Notes: generated by a model from the letters alone, not told the origin. Positions 36,362-50,690 are shown, counted from the first letter of the whole stretch. The stretch is DNA of 60,425 nucleotides, filler included, from Hausera hauseri (GCA_046269625.1; 11 parts of 11 records of this genome joined end to end with filler, not necessarily neighbours in it); one strand, 5' to 3'. Translations and numbers: made by a program.

Positions 36362-36589
36362 ATGTTGAAACCTTGTCCGATTTGTTGGGAACAGATGCCT
36401 GATAAAACAATGAGATTAGCGACATGCGACAAACATACTTTCTGCATAGGCTGTCTGCAGAAATGGCTAAGCAGTAAAATGTCATGTCCGCTATGCAGAA
36501 CAAAGTGTGAGTATGTGGTAGTTCAGGATGCTGAAGACCAGTGCCTGTGTGTAAAATGGGTAGGGTGCCTGATAAAAACCCTACATTAA
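36362..36589 (+). CDS. Small RING-finger protein
   Basis: CPIC-x12-C-x2-H-x2-CIGC-x10-CPLC. Confidence 0.8.
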   Translation: MLKPCPICWEQMPDKTMRLATCDKHTFCIGCLQKWLSSKMSCPLCRTKCEYVVVQDAEDQCLCVKWVGCLIKTLH

Positions 36590-37851
36590 TTCTTACCAGA
36601 CAGCGAACGTGATGATACTATTATTATGTGATTGTTGTGTTTAATACATGTTGTTTTCAATATACATTAAGTCTTATAAAACACACAAACAGCCTTTAAC
36701 ACTGGGATAACAGCATGAGACTAAAAACCACAAACTATCAATGGCCACTTTCCTATTTAACTGCACTACTTTAGTTTACGTAGTCATTTTAAACTTGTGT
36801 TTCTCATTAAGCCATCCTATAGATCAGCAGTTCCCAACCATGTTTCACTTATGTACCCCTTGGCCATGATTTTCCATAAGCTGTACTATCAAGATGTTTG
36901 TCATCAACACAGTTGCCAATATTTACCGCAGTACGTCACAGCTGAATGTTTCTCCTCACAACAATGTGTACCCCAAATGCGGTAAAAGAATACACAGGTA
37001 TTTTCTATGATAGCATCCATTTACAAATCCAAATACTCACAACCCGTGAATCATCACTCACATTTCAACCACACACAGCATATCGCAGATTGCAAAATCC
37101 TGGTTCACAGACAGGTACGCATTAAAGTTCAAGCCAGAATGGAATGCACTTTTTATACTGCATAACGTCAGCCACGAAACCGTGAAGCCGGACGCGAAAC
37201 TTTCCACTCCGATTTCGACTAGATTTACCCAAAAATAGCCTGGACTCTTGACCTTGATCACGGCTCTTTAGCCCTGACAAGTAAGTGAAAGAGAATACAA
37301 AACTTTCGACTCCTATTTCGACTTCTTCATTTCTAGTTCATTTGACTCTTGTCACCCATAAGTTTCTCGACTCCGACTCCGCAGTCCTGAACATTGTGGC
37401 AGGAATTTCCCGTCAAACACTTTGAACACGCCGGTGCAGAAAGAAAAAAGGAGGGCGGAGCAAAATGAACTGTGACCATTTTTCCAGCTAACGACGGATG
37501 CTGAAAAAGAGAAGAAAAGATGGCGCGCTCGAAAGTGCTGATACGGTTGAGCTCGGCAAAAGGAAGACTTATTACATGGTATATTCCAGACTTATATTGG
37601 TGATGAAAGTGTTTATTTCAACAGGAATTCTCAGGTTTGTAGTGAAAAGTCCTGCTTCAAAGCTGTGCACTGGGTCATGCTGGTGTCTGGGGGAACGGGG
37701 TCATGCTGATGTCCAGAGGAACGGGGCAATGCAGATCGGAAGAGCGTAGTGNNNNNNNNNNNNNNNNNNNNNNNNNNNNNNNNNNNNNNNNNNNNTTAAT
37801 TAATTAANNNNNNNNNNNNNNNNNNNNNNNNNNNNNNNNNNNNNNNNNNNN

Positions 37852-38170
37852 GTCTTTAAGGGTTTTCATTTACTTACTTGAGTTGACTTGAGTTGTTTTA
37901 CTTTGATTGATATTATGTTAAATGGGGATTTGAGGATCGAATTGGATCCAAGGGAAAGGGGTCGTGCTTTATGGAGCTGAGCTAACGGGAATGCCTATCT
38001 AGGAGGGATTCGAACCAACAAGTGTCACGTCACCTCGCAAGAGTCGACGGGACGGTAGTCTGCAAAGGATCTTTGGAGTTTAGTCGTCGGCCAACAACAA
38101 CGCGAACACACTATCTTCGATCTATCAGCCATACATCTGGAGTTGATGGATATTATTATAAAATATTACA
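37852..38170 (+). mobile_element. 5' LTR, start uncertain
   Basis: Ends in ..ATTACA three nt before the PBS and has a TATA-like TATAAAA at ~38157. Confidence 0.55.
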
Positions 38171-38173
38171 ATT

Positions 38174-38185
38174 TGGTGCCGTGAG
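38174..38185 (+). promoter_or_regulatory. Primer-binding site, tRNA-His-like
   Basis: TGGTGCCGTGAG follows the LTR-terminal CA. Confidence 0.7.
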
Positions 38186-38711
38186 GGAAGACTATAGTCG
38201 GTTCGAATTTTGGATAAGCACAATTAGCCAGCGAGTGTAGGAAATTATTTAATTTGAGTTTATAACTTATTATATTATTCAATTATTTTGGGGGTTTAGA
38301 ACTCAATATTTATGATGTATATATGTTTGCTTTGCAACTAACCGAATCTTTGCAGATTCCAAGCCAAGTCTAGTAAAATTTTTATCCAGTGTCCTGTACT
38401 CAGGTTTGTCAAGTCCAGATATGCCTCTTTAATTTAAAATTGTAACCAGTGTGTCGAGGCAAAGGTAGGTTTGGAAAGTGATTCCAACAAGCCAAATCAC
38501 AGGCAAAAGTACTGTTGTCAAAAGAAAAGAATATCAGCCAAAATTATAGCACATAGTAAGAAGTGAGTGAGTAAAACGAAAGTAAATTAAAAGGGGAAGC
38601 GCGATTTATTAATTAAACTTCGCTCATTTAGATTCACCCACAACACTTAGGACATAAACAAGGCAGACATTATACATTCACCTATCACCTTACATTTTCA
38701 TCGTAAAGGCC

Positions 38712-39830
38712 ATGGAACAAAACAACAAAGGAAACTCCATGGATAGTACAGGTTCCACGAAAGTACGCAACGATGAACTGTCGGGATTAGTATGGCAATT
38801 CAAAACAGACTGCGCCATCCGCGAAATTAGGGAATCGACGACAGCCTTTAACGGAGAGAAGGACACCTTACACGAATGGTTAACCGTGATCGAGTTCGTA
38901 GCAAAACAACACGAATTACCAGAAAAGTTTTATATAAAATTAGCAGCGTTTACTTCCACCGGAACAGCACAATATACCATACAACAATGGGTTACGTGGA
39001 TCGAAGGAATCACATGGATAGAACTGAAAGAGAAATTAATACGCACGTATGGCAAGCCGCTTGATCAAGACCTAGCAGTCAGGAAGGCACAAGCTTTGAT
39101 ACAGAGTGCAAATGAAACCATTCTACAGTATTATGGTCGGGTGTCTAAAACACTCGCGGAAGAATTCGTGTCAGTGGGAAAATTGTCACTCGAGAAGCAG
39201 CATGAGCTGGCAAGATCGTTCGTCGACGGACTCACTGAGGAACGTATTCGTTGGAAACTTACTAAACGACCACCAGCAACATTAGGAGAAGCCGTGGAAC
39301 GAGCATTAGAACTCGATAACGAAGCAAAACGTTTCCACGACAGATACGCAATGAAAAGGTGTTATGAAACGGGACTAGGGGAACGAGAACAGTTTGCAGT
39401 CAATCCGATAGCGGAGGAGTATATAACTCAACAAACAGAATACCCATCCATAATGAAGATTGAAGCAAACCCCAACACAATGTCCCTCCAACCCAAAGCC
39501 CCCTATACAAAACCCTCCACAAAAACCCGACAATTCGACATATCGGGCAAACCAATTAGGAGAGTGGATGAGAATAGCACCATATGCAGATTTTGTAACA
39601 ATGAGGGCCACACAGAAAACCACTGCAAGGCCAGGAACAAATTTAAAGATCACCTCGTATGTTACGAGTGTAATCAAAAAGGACACGTAGCACAAGATTG
39701 CTCGTTGCGGAAAAGAAAACACAACAACAAGACAGTGTGTCAGGCTAACAAGAATACACAGGTGCGATTTCTAGCAGAACCGGCACAAGAGAGTCAAGAA
39801 TCAAGGGAACAAAGTACAAATGACACCTAA
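38712..39830 (+). CDS. Gypsy Gag
   Basis: Capsid pattern plus two CCHC knuckles, CRFCNNEGHTENHC and CYECNQKGHVAQDC. Confidence 0.92.
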   Translation: MEQNNKGNSMDSTGSTKVRNDELSGLVWQFKTDCAIREIRESTTAFNGEKDTLHEWLTVIEFVAKQHELPEKFYIKLAAFTSTGTAQYTIQQWVTWIEGITWIELKEKLIRTYGKPLDQDLAVRKAQALIQSANETILQYYGRVSKTLAEEFVSVGKLSLEKQHELARSFVDGLTEERIRWKLTKRPPATLGEAVERALELDNEAKRFHDRYAMKRCYETGLGEREQFAVNPIAEEYITQQTEYPSIMKIEANPNTMSLQPKAPYTKPSTKTRQFDISGKPIRRVDENSTICRFCNNEGHTENHCKARNKFKDHLVCYECNQKGHVAQDCSLRKRKHNNKTVCQANKNTQVRFLAEPAQESQESREQSTNDT

Positions 39831-42800
39831 AATATATACAATTGCCGATACTTTAAAGTTAACTGACCCCTGCTCACTATTAGTACAGGTGGAAAATAAT
39901 ACAATCAGAGCATTGCTTGATACGGGTACCAACATCTCCGTAGTAGATAGTCAAACCGTCGCAGAACTGGACGCAACGCATAAAATCAGTCTGCAGAACA
40001 TAACATTAGCCACCGCAGGAGGCGGAGTATTGAATGCAATAGGAACGATTAAGCTAAAACTAGTGATCGCTGGAAATAAGTTCACACACTTATTCCGAGT
40101 TACGCCCAAGCTACAACGTAGAATGATGTTGGGTAGTGATTTCCTCGATATCAACAAAATAGAAATTAGCTTTCGACGCAAAGCCATCTTGGTCAATGAC
40201 AACTGGTACGGGATGGATAATGATGTCTACATAGCCTCGCTAGTTCGGATCAAAGACAGCATGCAGATACCGCCGCAGTCAGTGAACCTGGTCCAAGCAT
40301 ATTTGAAATCGTCCAATTATCTACATCCAGGAGACACTATTTACATTACAAGTATAGAAAACGAAGAGAACAGAAACACATGCGATGTCGTACAAGATCC
40401 GTGGGTACAAATGATTGACATAACATTGAAGTTAGATTCATTCCAAACAATCCCAATAACTATTGTGAACAATTCCAACAAATACATGTCCTTACGGAAG
40501 GGACAAGCTATTGCGACGGCGGCAAAAATTGACACAACGAGAATATCTGTCGATATTTAACATACAAGAGGAACAAAAACAACGATCTACAGAGGTAGAA
40601 CACAACGATATATCCTCTGCAAAGGACAATCAAGATCGACCGACTAAACTGCTTGAACAAAGACAGAAGCACAGCACACTAGATCAGGAAGTAGTCAAGC
40701 TAGTCCAAGAACACCCAGACACATTCGCAATTAATGATAGCGAGCTGGAAACAACCAATACGGTGTACATGGATATCAATACGGGAGATCAACCACCGAT
40801 AGCTCTGAAACCATATCCAATACCGTTACATAAGCGAGAGACGGTAGAACAGGCCATAACGGAAATGTTAGACAATGGCATTATATCCCACACGATGTCC
40901 CCATGGGCATTTCCGATTGTGTTGGTACAAAAGAAAGACGGTTTGTCTAGATTCTGCGCAGATTTTCGAAAACTGAACGCGGTTACGAAACCGATTTCTT
41001 GTCCACTGCTGAACATTAACACCATTATAGATAGCCTCGCTAATAGTACATACTTTTCTACCTTAGACGCGTGAGCAGGATTCTGGGTTATACCCATGAC
41101 GGAACGCGCTAAAGAACGGGCAACAATCACAACACATATGGGCACCTTTAATTTTAACGTCATGCCATTTGGGCTTAAAGGAGCGCCAGCAACTTTCATG
41201 GCCTTAATGAATAGGGTGTTACAAGGATTGTCACATATCGCCATGGCGTACATAGACGACATCATTGTGCACACGAATAGATCATTAGAGGAACACGTCA
41301 GAGACCTGAAACTTGTATTTCAAAGGCTCAAACAACATCATGTTCGACTGAAACTAAGTAAATGTACCTTTTTCCAGAAGGAAACAAAATATTTAGGTTT
41401 CATAGTGGGTCAAAAGGGTATCAGGCCAGATATGGAAAAAGTGGATGCAATCCAGCAAATTCCAGAACCACAAAATGTCAAAGAAGTAAGAAGTTTTATA
41501 GGTTCCTGCAGTTATTATAGAAGATTCCTGCCAGCATTTTCCACAATAGCTGAACCTCTGATAAATTTGACGAGAAAAAATACTCGATTCCACTGGTCAG
41601 ATGAATGCCGAACCGCTTTTCTGGAATTAAAACAACAGTTTACGAAAATACCATTGTTGGGATACCCTGATATTACTAAACCGCTTATACTGTATACAGA
41701 CAGTTCGGACTTTGCGATAGGAGCGGCATTAGTACAACATACTGACGTAGAAGCACCAATCCCAGGAGTGTCCAACGAAATGCCAACTGCTTTTTTGTCC
41801 CATTCTCTAAATAAAACACAGAGAAAGTGGTCCACCACGGACAAGGAGGCTTATGCAATTGTATACGCACTACAGAAATTTCATGCATACTTGTATTTAG
41901 CAAAATTTATCCTGCGTACAGACCACCAGTGTTTACAAAACCTACTGGCGTCAGAGCAAAAAAGTAGAAAACTTCAAAATTTTGCACTTAATATACAGGC
42001 GTATGACATGACGATAGAATATATACCAGGGAAGGCGAATACTTGCGCAGATTTTCTTAGTAGAATACATCGGAATGACAAAGAAGCTACCAGCAACGAA
42101 GATGACGACATCGAGATCGATGACCACTTCTACGCGGTCAACATAATCAACGCAAATAAGCGAAGCGATTATGATGTATTGGATGATCAAGTAGAACCAG
42201 AAATACCAAGAACGAATACGAACATTACACAGACCGTTGATATGGTTCAAGAACAAGCAGAAGATCCGAAATGCAAGCAGATATTATCTGAGCTGAACAC
42301 TAGTCCTAAGAAACGAGGAAAATACGTCAAATTCGATGACGGCTTGTTATATAGACTCCACCAGAATCATACCTTGAGATTAGTAATTCCGGCGAAACTC
42401 CAACCGAAGATACTCCATCAGTATCATAATCTACAAGGACATTGCGGCATCTCGCGGACACTTATGTCAATCGAAGCGAAATATTGTTGGCATCATCTAG
42501 CGAGAGATGTATATAATCACGTCACGAACTGTACGCATTGTCAACTAAATCGTCGAGACTTAAAGAAAACACCTTTACAAGAAACCGAACCACCCAAGTA
42601 TTCGTTTCAAAGAATTTCGCTCGATCTCACAGGACCACATCCTATAACTATGAAAGGGAATCAGTACATATTACACGTAGTGGACGAATTTTCGGCCTGG
42701 CACGAAGCATATCCACTGAAAAACAAGCAGAGTGAGAATATAATTAATACTCTGATTAGAAAATACTTTCCCGCATTTAGCCTCCCACGGGAAATTTTGA

Positions 42801-43762
42801 CAGATAACGGTGGGGAGTTCGTTAATACTAAGTTTGAGGAGATGTGTCACAGGTTCAATATCATTCATCGTAAAACCAGCATATACCACCCACAAAGCAA
42901 TGGAAGAAACGAAGTATCCCACAAAACATTCTATGACATTATGAAAATGTATATTAACGACGCACATGACAACTGGGATATATTCTTGCCGTTCTGTTTG
43001 TCCGCACTAAGAACTACGTACCAAACATCTACAGGACTCAGTCCATACAAAATCATTTTCGGACACGAACCAACGCTCCCTTTAGACAATATTATATTAC
43101 AACAGTCCAGAATTTATTATGGTACAGAGACCCACGAGCTGCTGTTTCACAATTTCGAAAAGATACACGAGCAGGTCATATCAAACGTCAAAATGATGAA
43201 AGAACAAAATCTACAATATCACAACAGGAATGCGGAATCGAAACACCTTGTACCAGGAATGCCTGTTTTATATAAAATCCCTAAAAGAAAGTCCAAATTC
43301 GATAATAAATGGACAAAAGGTTTCAATATTATAGAAAAACTTGGCGATGCCACTTACTTAATCAAACACCAAGTATCTGGGAGAAAGATAATTGTACACG
43401 AATCGGCATTAAAAGAAGAAGGGTTAACAAATACAGACCCAGAGAAGGAGGAAGACCAACAGGATTACACTAGCCACGTGCAAGACTTCACGAATATTGA
43501 ACATTTCGAACAACATAAAAATGTTACTGATAATGATAATGCATACCAGCATGCAACAACAGTATCAGAAGAGACCAGTAGGTTAATTCCATATATGATA
43601 TTGACCCAGCAGGGACAACAACCAGAACCTCAACCAGTCAGTTTACAAGAGGGAAAAGAACTAACTACACCAGTAATTCCACCGAGTATGAATAATAATA
43701 ATACAGGTCCGCCAGCATATCATACACGCTCGAAATTCAAAAACAGTTTAAAACATGATTAG
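39820..43762 (+). mobile_element. Gypsy pol (PR-RT-RNaseH-IN), nearly intact, with one frameshift at ~40550 and a TGA at 41072
   Basis: Motifs ALLDTG, SPWAFPIVLV, MPFGL, YIDD, TDSS, TDHQ, H-H-C-C, TDNGGEF and YHPQSNGRNE. Confidence 0.96.
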
Positions 43763-43999
43763 CAGTCATTGTAAAACTTAGAATCATTTCATTTACATTT
43801 ATAGTAACATTTACTTCAAATTATTTCAGACATTTCAACTTTGTGGTCAAATGTGACAAACTTTAAATTAATAATCACCAACAATTCCGGAAATATACTN
43901 NNNNNNNNNNNNNNNNNNNNNNNNNNNNNNNNNNNNNNNNNNNTTAATTAATTAANNNNNNNNNNNNNNNNNNNNNNNNNNNNNNNNNNNNNNNNNNNN

Positions 44000-46900
44000 T
44001 CCGTTTGGCGGCTGTTTGCTCTCTGGGAGGAAAGGCAGCTGTTCATGCCTTTTGTGGATATCATTGGGGTATTCCATATCTACCTCCAATATGTATCCAA
44101 CATCTCCATTTGAGTCTAGGTCCTGGATCTTAATCTCCTCCGGCTGCTCATCTCATTGAAAATTGCCGTATGGTAATGGGTTGCTCATTGCCCAACCATA
44201 TAGGTTGTTGACATCTAGGTATGTGACGTATTGTGATGGTTTCAATGCATCATATTTTGCGATATATATGTTGTTGGCCTCACTATATCTGTGAATGGCC
44301 TGGCAGATTTCTCCCCTGATTCCTCGCTCGATCATGAGGACCATCTTAGAGTCCTTTAGGATCTGCAACCGGACATCCGTATATTTCAGCATTGCTGCCC
44401 AACTCATTCCAGGGGCAGTAAAGAAATGAGCCGGATCCAGCTTGTGACTCGCAAGTATGACGTCTCTAAATCTCTCGAAGACGTCTGTGAGCAGCATTAC
44501 GTCTGTTTCAAGGTATACATCGCTATAATCTCCAATTGTCCTGCATTTGAATGTGTGCCAGACTCGCTGTGCGTTTTCATAATCAGTATCACTGATATCT
44601 GTGTGTGACAGCTTGCTGTAGAAGTCCTTCTTAGCTGGAAGTGTTGTCTCGTCTAACATTCCCATGAAGTTACATCATCATAAGGGAAAACACCCTCCCG
44701 TTTGACTAAATCGAAAGTTGTTGGGAAGAACTTCTTCGTTTCCTTCAACTCTTATTCTGGTAGATTTTTGACCAAGCTGTCCAGTGACGATGCCATAAAA
44801 CGATAAATGTCGATAAATCTAAGTCTGGTGTGGCCCACATATTTAGTGAATGAGATATATTTCTCTTCACTATTCGGGATCACCTGAATGTCACTATTCA
44901 TGTTGCCCAATTTACGAATAATGAAATGGGAGTCATATTTACTGAGATTGTGGATTATGACGGTACATGTGAATAGGTTTTACAGCGTAGGTTGCAATTG
45001 TTGCAAGCTGCGCCTCTGTATTTGCCGGTTACATGGCAATGATGTCTTACCTTCCTGTTCTCCATCGTAAATGGGCCTTTGCATAGCTATCATGATGTTG
45101 CAATATACAAATCTTGCTGCTCTGATGACGACATCACATTTGTTTCTTTATTCTTCTGTCGAATCTCTTCAATTCTGTGGACCACATCCTCCAATCACTT
45201 TATGAAGTGTGCCGCTGCATTTGGACACCTGCATAAGAATGGCTCCGCATCGAGTCCTTTGGCATACATACAGTATGATGATAACTCGTGCTACTGGTAT
45301 GCTGCTGTGCTACTCCATTGAGGATTGGGACTACAACTATGCACTGGCCTGAGGATCGCTTCAAAGTCGCAGTATATAACTATGAGCACTTCGAGCATAT
45401 TTTCGTACTCCTGGAACTCGATATAATCTTCCTTAGGAAATTCAGTCGGGATGCAATAGTTTTTATTGCAGTACATTATATGTTCCTTGAGCTTCTCCTC
45501 AGCACCTTCGCCGCTAAAATGTGACAAATAGCGTTTGCATATTGTAATTCCTCCATGATTTTTTGTAATTTGGGAACTGATGAGGCGTGCGAAATTCTTT
45601 ATCCATACGTATTGGCTCTTATCACCATCGTCTATCATGGAAAGGTCCCTATGGTCATCACGTTGCACCTCACACAAGTTTAGGGGATAGATTCTATTTG
45701 TTTCGTACACTGCAAATATATTATTGGACATATGGTCCACACGTGCAAATTTTTTGATTTCCTCCAGAGTTGGCGAAAACGTGATGCAATCAAAATCATA
45801 GCTATGCCGTAGGTCATTGTACACCCAAACCCGCGAGGCATTATGTTCATCCGCTATGTGTTTCGATAAGATGGAATATTTAAAGCATATGTTGTCCTGA
45901 TTGAGCACATTTACACATGCTTTCTTCTTGCGGATCCACTCTGGGAACTCTATGTAGGAGCTACCTCTCATCGGGCTGTACTAGTATACATGAATCAGCA
46001 ATCGCTTGACTTATGAGAGAACCCAGCCGCTCCCCTTGTCCTGGCTCTCCTCAGCTTCATGGAGAAGTTTTGTATATTCCGCATTGATCCATTTCTGAAT
46101 GTTGATAGACTGCATTATCGGCCTATTTTTCGTCTTGAAGGCCCAATCTGATATTTCGCCATCGACATTACTGTATACTGCTTCTAACTTAAGTTTGACT
46201 TGAAGGGCCTTGAGTTCCACCAAATTGTCCTGGATTATCCCCATACTTTCATTTGCTGCATAGTCCAGGAACTCATTGAGGGTTGGTTGACCTTTTGCGT
46301 CAATTATATATCTGCGGACATTACCTCCTACTGCAGAGGAATCAACTGGCCGCTGCCTCTGACTTTTAGGTGAGGCATTAGTGGCTGTCGCAGCACCTCG
46401 TTTCTTGCGCTTTGCAGATGGATCCATATGATGCGCCCAAGATCCACTGCGCTGCGCTGATGTTGTTGATGCGGGAACAGCTGCTGAAACATCTGCGGGA
46501 ACATCTGCTAGAACATCTGCGGGAACAGCTGCTGGAACATCTGCGGGAACATCTGCTGGAACATCTGCGGGGACATCTACTGGAAAATCTGCGGGAACAT
46601 CTTCTACAACATGATGTGCTGCATTGGATATAGACCTCTTCGATTTGGTCCGGAAGTCAGCAAGATGGACTATATGGTCTATGTAGAACTGTGAGTATTT
46701 AACGCCGGTCACAGTCTCGAATACTGGACAGATGTAATAGTCCAGTCCATAGTATTTCTGCCCATAATACTGGCCATCAATCTGTGGCAATCCTCCGGAT
46801 TATGTGCTGCTGATGTGCAGTAGATATATGTTGGACACCTTTGAGTATTCGGTTTTTCAGCATTATGCACAGATGGCATATTTGAATGGAATATCTGCTT

Positions 46901-47197
46901 CTTGGATTTTGCTGCAAAATATTTCAGATGGTGGGCATGATCTTCTTGAAATTCTTTATGCGTTCTGCATATCGTCTCACATCTGTGGCATACATAGTAC
47001 ACAGTTCTATTGAAAGTATAACTGTAGTACCTTATATCAACGGATTGCGCGTTATATCCGTGCGCTGCATGGAATTGGGCACTAAATTCTTGTACATTAT
47101 TTCCTTGCACAGCATCAAATCTGGATCCTCCTTCTTTTGAATTGCCTGATCCACTTTGTAATGCACTAACGGCTTTCAAGACTTTTTCATTGATCAT
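44000..47197 (-). mobile_element. Polinton-type pPolB pseudogene, family A, including the full N-terminal extension
   Basis: Motifs KGSGWVL, GSSYIEFPEWIRKKKACVNVLNQDNICFKYSIL, YCDFEAIL, YLETDVMLLTDVFE and YLDVNNLYGWAM. Confidence 0.95.
46470..46605 (-). repeat. 12-bp coding tandem repeat (DVPA)n within the PolB N-terminal extension
   Basis: About 11 copies of GGAACATCTGC(G/T). Confidence 0.9.
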
Positions 47198-47599
47198 TTT
47201 GATAGATTTCCTGGATTTGAATTTGCATTATATATGCCTAATATATGTCTAATATATGATATTGATGCAGTAAATAAAACATACATGTTACGAAATATAT
47301 AGCAGAGTAATTCCGGCAATATATATCATTTTTGAATATTCTAGAACATTTCGTTTTAATGCATTTGTAAATTTGACAGCACAATTTTGAATAGGCATTT
47401 TGAAATAATGAAAGATATAACCATATCAACACGTGCTGTCTACGTTTATGTATATAATTGATGCATTAAAACAAAATACTTTTTTAATAGTGGGTTAAAT
47501 TTCAACACTATGTATTGTTCACACGTACTTGTGCACTATATATTGATTTAATGGTGTATTGGACCTCTTTTATTCACATAGTGTAATCATATATGGGGA

Positions 47600-48100
47600 A
47601 TCGAATGGCATCATTAGATTCTTCGTATAATGCTTGCTTGATCGAGTATTCGTGTTCGAATAGCTAATTATTCAACTTGTAAGCTCGAATTCGAATACCT
47701 GATGCCATATTCCGATTAGCCATACATGCTTTCCTATACAGCCCTGCTATTAAATTTATCGATTTCCGCTTCATTACTCTTCAAATGCACATTTTGCTTA
47801 TTTCACAATATTGATTTTATACCCATATAGTATATTTTCATGGAATAATTTTTATGCACATGGAAGTTTTCGAATACGAGGAATCGATTCCCGCTGTTAA
47901 ATTTTTCGAATAGTTCGAACTTCGATTTTCGAACTCGAAAAAATTCGAATTTTCGACTCCAGATTCGAGTTCGCCATAGTCGATTTCCTATCTGTCCCCG
48001 CTCAATGTTGGATCGAATTTTGATTCCTACGGCCTAAAAAATCTTTGGAAAATTTGGCCAATTGGCACTTTGGATCGATATTAATCGATAAATTTAAATT
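47600..48100. repeat. TCGAA/TTCGA-rich region, possibly a MITE or DNA-transposon subterminal repeat
   Basis: Dense TTCGAA/ATCGA motifs, with a TIR-like CAGCCCTG at ~47738. Confidence 0.3.
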
Positions 48101-48429
48101 CTAACTGCATATTCATATACTACACCGTGTTTTTGTTCGAATGCACTCGGTGCCGAGTGCTAATCATCTATGTAGGAAATATCGGATATTCGATATTATT
48201 GATTTTTGCACACTTGTACACATGTTTTTGCACTGCACACCATCCATCAAGGTGCATCTCTATGTGCTCTATTTAACTGCACTTGACCACGGTCAATTCC
48301 ATCAATCTTATGCTGCACAATTGCAAAAGNNNNNNNNNNNNNNNNNNNNNNNNNNNNNNNNNNNNNNNNNNNNTTAATTAATTAANNNNNNNNNNNNNNN
48401 NNNNNNNNNNNNNNNNNNNNNNNNNNNNN

Positions 48430-50690
48430 CACACCAATATCATGAACTGTCATCATATTGCATGTATGCCAAAGGATTGGACAGTGAACCACTTCTATTC
48501 AGGAATCCAGGTGCAGCAGCACATTTCATGAAACGACTAGATGATATGGCTCATAAGCTTGAAAACATGCTTCAGCAGCATAAGGATAATATAAGCATAT
48601 CATGGAAACAAGAAGAATGGCGCAAGGCAACAACATGTTACTTGTGCTCAAAATCATTCACTAAGCATAATTATAAAGTCAAGAATCACTGCCATTTTAC
48701 AAGTGCATATCCAGGGGCAGCATGCAACAATTGCAATCTACGCTGCAAAACATGTACATATGCGCTTGTGGTGTTCCATAATATCAGCGGCTGTGATTCT
48801 CATTTCATAATCCGAGAATTAGGCAGCATTGAAGGAAACATTGAAGTGATCTCCAACAGTGAGGAGAAATACATCACCTTTACTAAGCATGTTGGGAAAA
48901 CCAGGCTTCGCTTCATAGATAGTTTCCGTTTCATGTCGTCTTTACTGGATAATTTAGTGAAGAACCTCCCTGCAGAAGAACTCAAGGAGCCGAAGCGTTT
49001 CTTCCCCACTAACTTTGATCTAGTAAAGAGGAAAAGCGTGTTTCCTTATGACTACATAACCCCATGTTAAACACTGGATGAGACCTCATTGCCGACAAAG
49101 AAGGACTTTTACAATATCCTCTCTGATTGCGATATCAGTGATGCTGACTACCAGCATGCTCAAAATGTATGGGAGGCATTCCAATGCCGAACAACAGGGG
49201 AATACAGTGATATTTACCTCAAGACGGACGTTCTGCTGCTAACAGACGTCTGTGAGAGTTCCAGGAATGCTACAATGAAAAGCCATGCATTGGATCCAGC
49301 TCATTTCTTTACGGCTCCAGGGATGAGCTGGGCAGAAATGCTGAGATATACTGGTGTTAGACTGCAGATCATTAAGGATTAAGATATGATCCTTATGATT
49401 GGGAGAGGCATGAGAGGCGGAATATGCCAGGCCAATCACCAGTATAGTGAGACCAACAAAAGTATATGGCCCAGTATGATTCATCTAAGGAATTTTCATG
49501 TATACCATACCTGGATGCCAACAACATGTATGGATGGGCAATGAGCGTCCCATTGCCATATGATAACTTCAAATGGGTCAAGAATTCTGAAAACATCCCT
49601 ATATTGGACCTGGATCCCACTGGAGATACGGGATACATACTGGAGGTGGATATGGAATATCCGGCTTTCATCTACGCAAGGCATCAACAGCTGCTCTTCC
49701 TCCCTGAGAGCAAGCTTCCGCCCCATGGAAAGCATAAGAAGCTGCTCTGCCATCTGGGTAATAGGGAGAGCTATGTAGTTTATTACATCAATCTCCAGCA
49801 GGCAGTTAGACATGGACTTCGTATTACCAAGATCCATAAAGCTCTGCAGTTCAGCCAGTCCATGTAGATGCAGTCATACATATATCTCAATACCAAGCTG
49901 TGGACAAATGACAAGAACGATTTTGAAAAGGACCAGTTCAAGCTTTACAACAAGTCGGTCTTTGGCAAGACGATGGAAAATATCCGCAACAGGATCAACA
50001 TCGAACTGGTATGTGACTGGAAGCGAGCAAAGCTTACTGCAAAGCCTAACGTCCACAGCAGCATCATATATGTTGAGAACTTGGTCAGGATCCATATGAT
50101 GAATACAGCATTGTTATTCAACGAGCCCATATATGTGAGTATGGCAATCCTCGATTCTTCAAAGACCCTGATGTATTATTTCCACTACGACATCCCAAGT
50201 TCAAGTCCATGCAGCTGATGTATATGGATACTGATAGTTTCATCTATCACATCCATACATAGGACATTTATTAGGACTTTGCCCAGTTAGCAGAGCATAT
50301 GGATACCTCGGACTATCCAATGGATCATCCCAACTATTTAGTTAGCAATAAGAAAGTCCTTGGGAAATTCAAAGACGAGGTAAAGGGGGCAATTATCTCG
50401 CGATTTGTGGCTCTCAGATCTAAAATGTATGACCTAGACATATGTGGCCAAATAAAGAAGCGAGCAAAAGGGGTTCAAAGGGCTACATTGTCTAAGAAGA
50501 TCCGTTTTCAAGACTGTGACAGTTCTGCAGGAGCAGACTCACATTATGTCGGAAATGAAAAGGATCCAATTTAGGCATCATAACATCCATACTGTTACCA
50601 AAACTGCCTAAATTGGATGGACGACAAGAGGCAGATCCTCAGCAATGGAATTCAGACACTACCTCACGGGGATGTCGCAGTATTGTAACT
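48430..50690 (+). mobile_element. Polinton-type pPolB pseudogene, family A
   Basis: Motifs CYLC..NHCHFT..AACNNCNL, RFIDSFRFM, YLDANNMYGWAM, FKLYNKSVFGKTMEN, YMDTDS and VLGKFKDE. Confidence 0.95.

Noticed and set aside
37995-38016. tRNA or SINE B-box (GGTTCGAATCCC on the minus strand)
   Set aside because: I could not build a cloverleaf or find an A-box around it.
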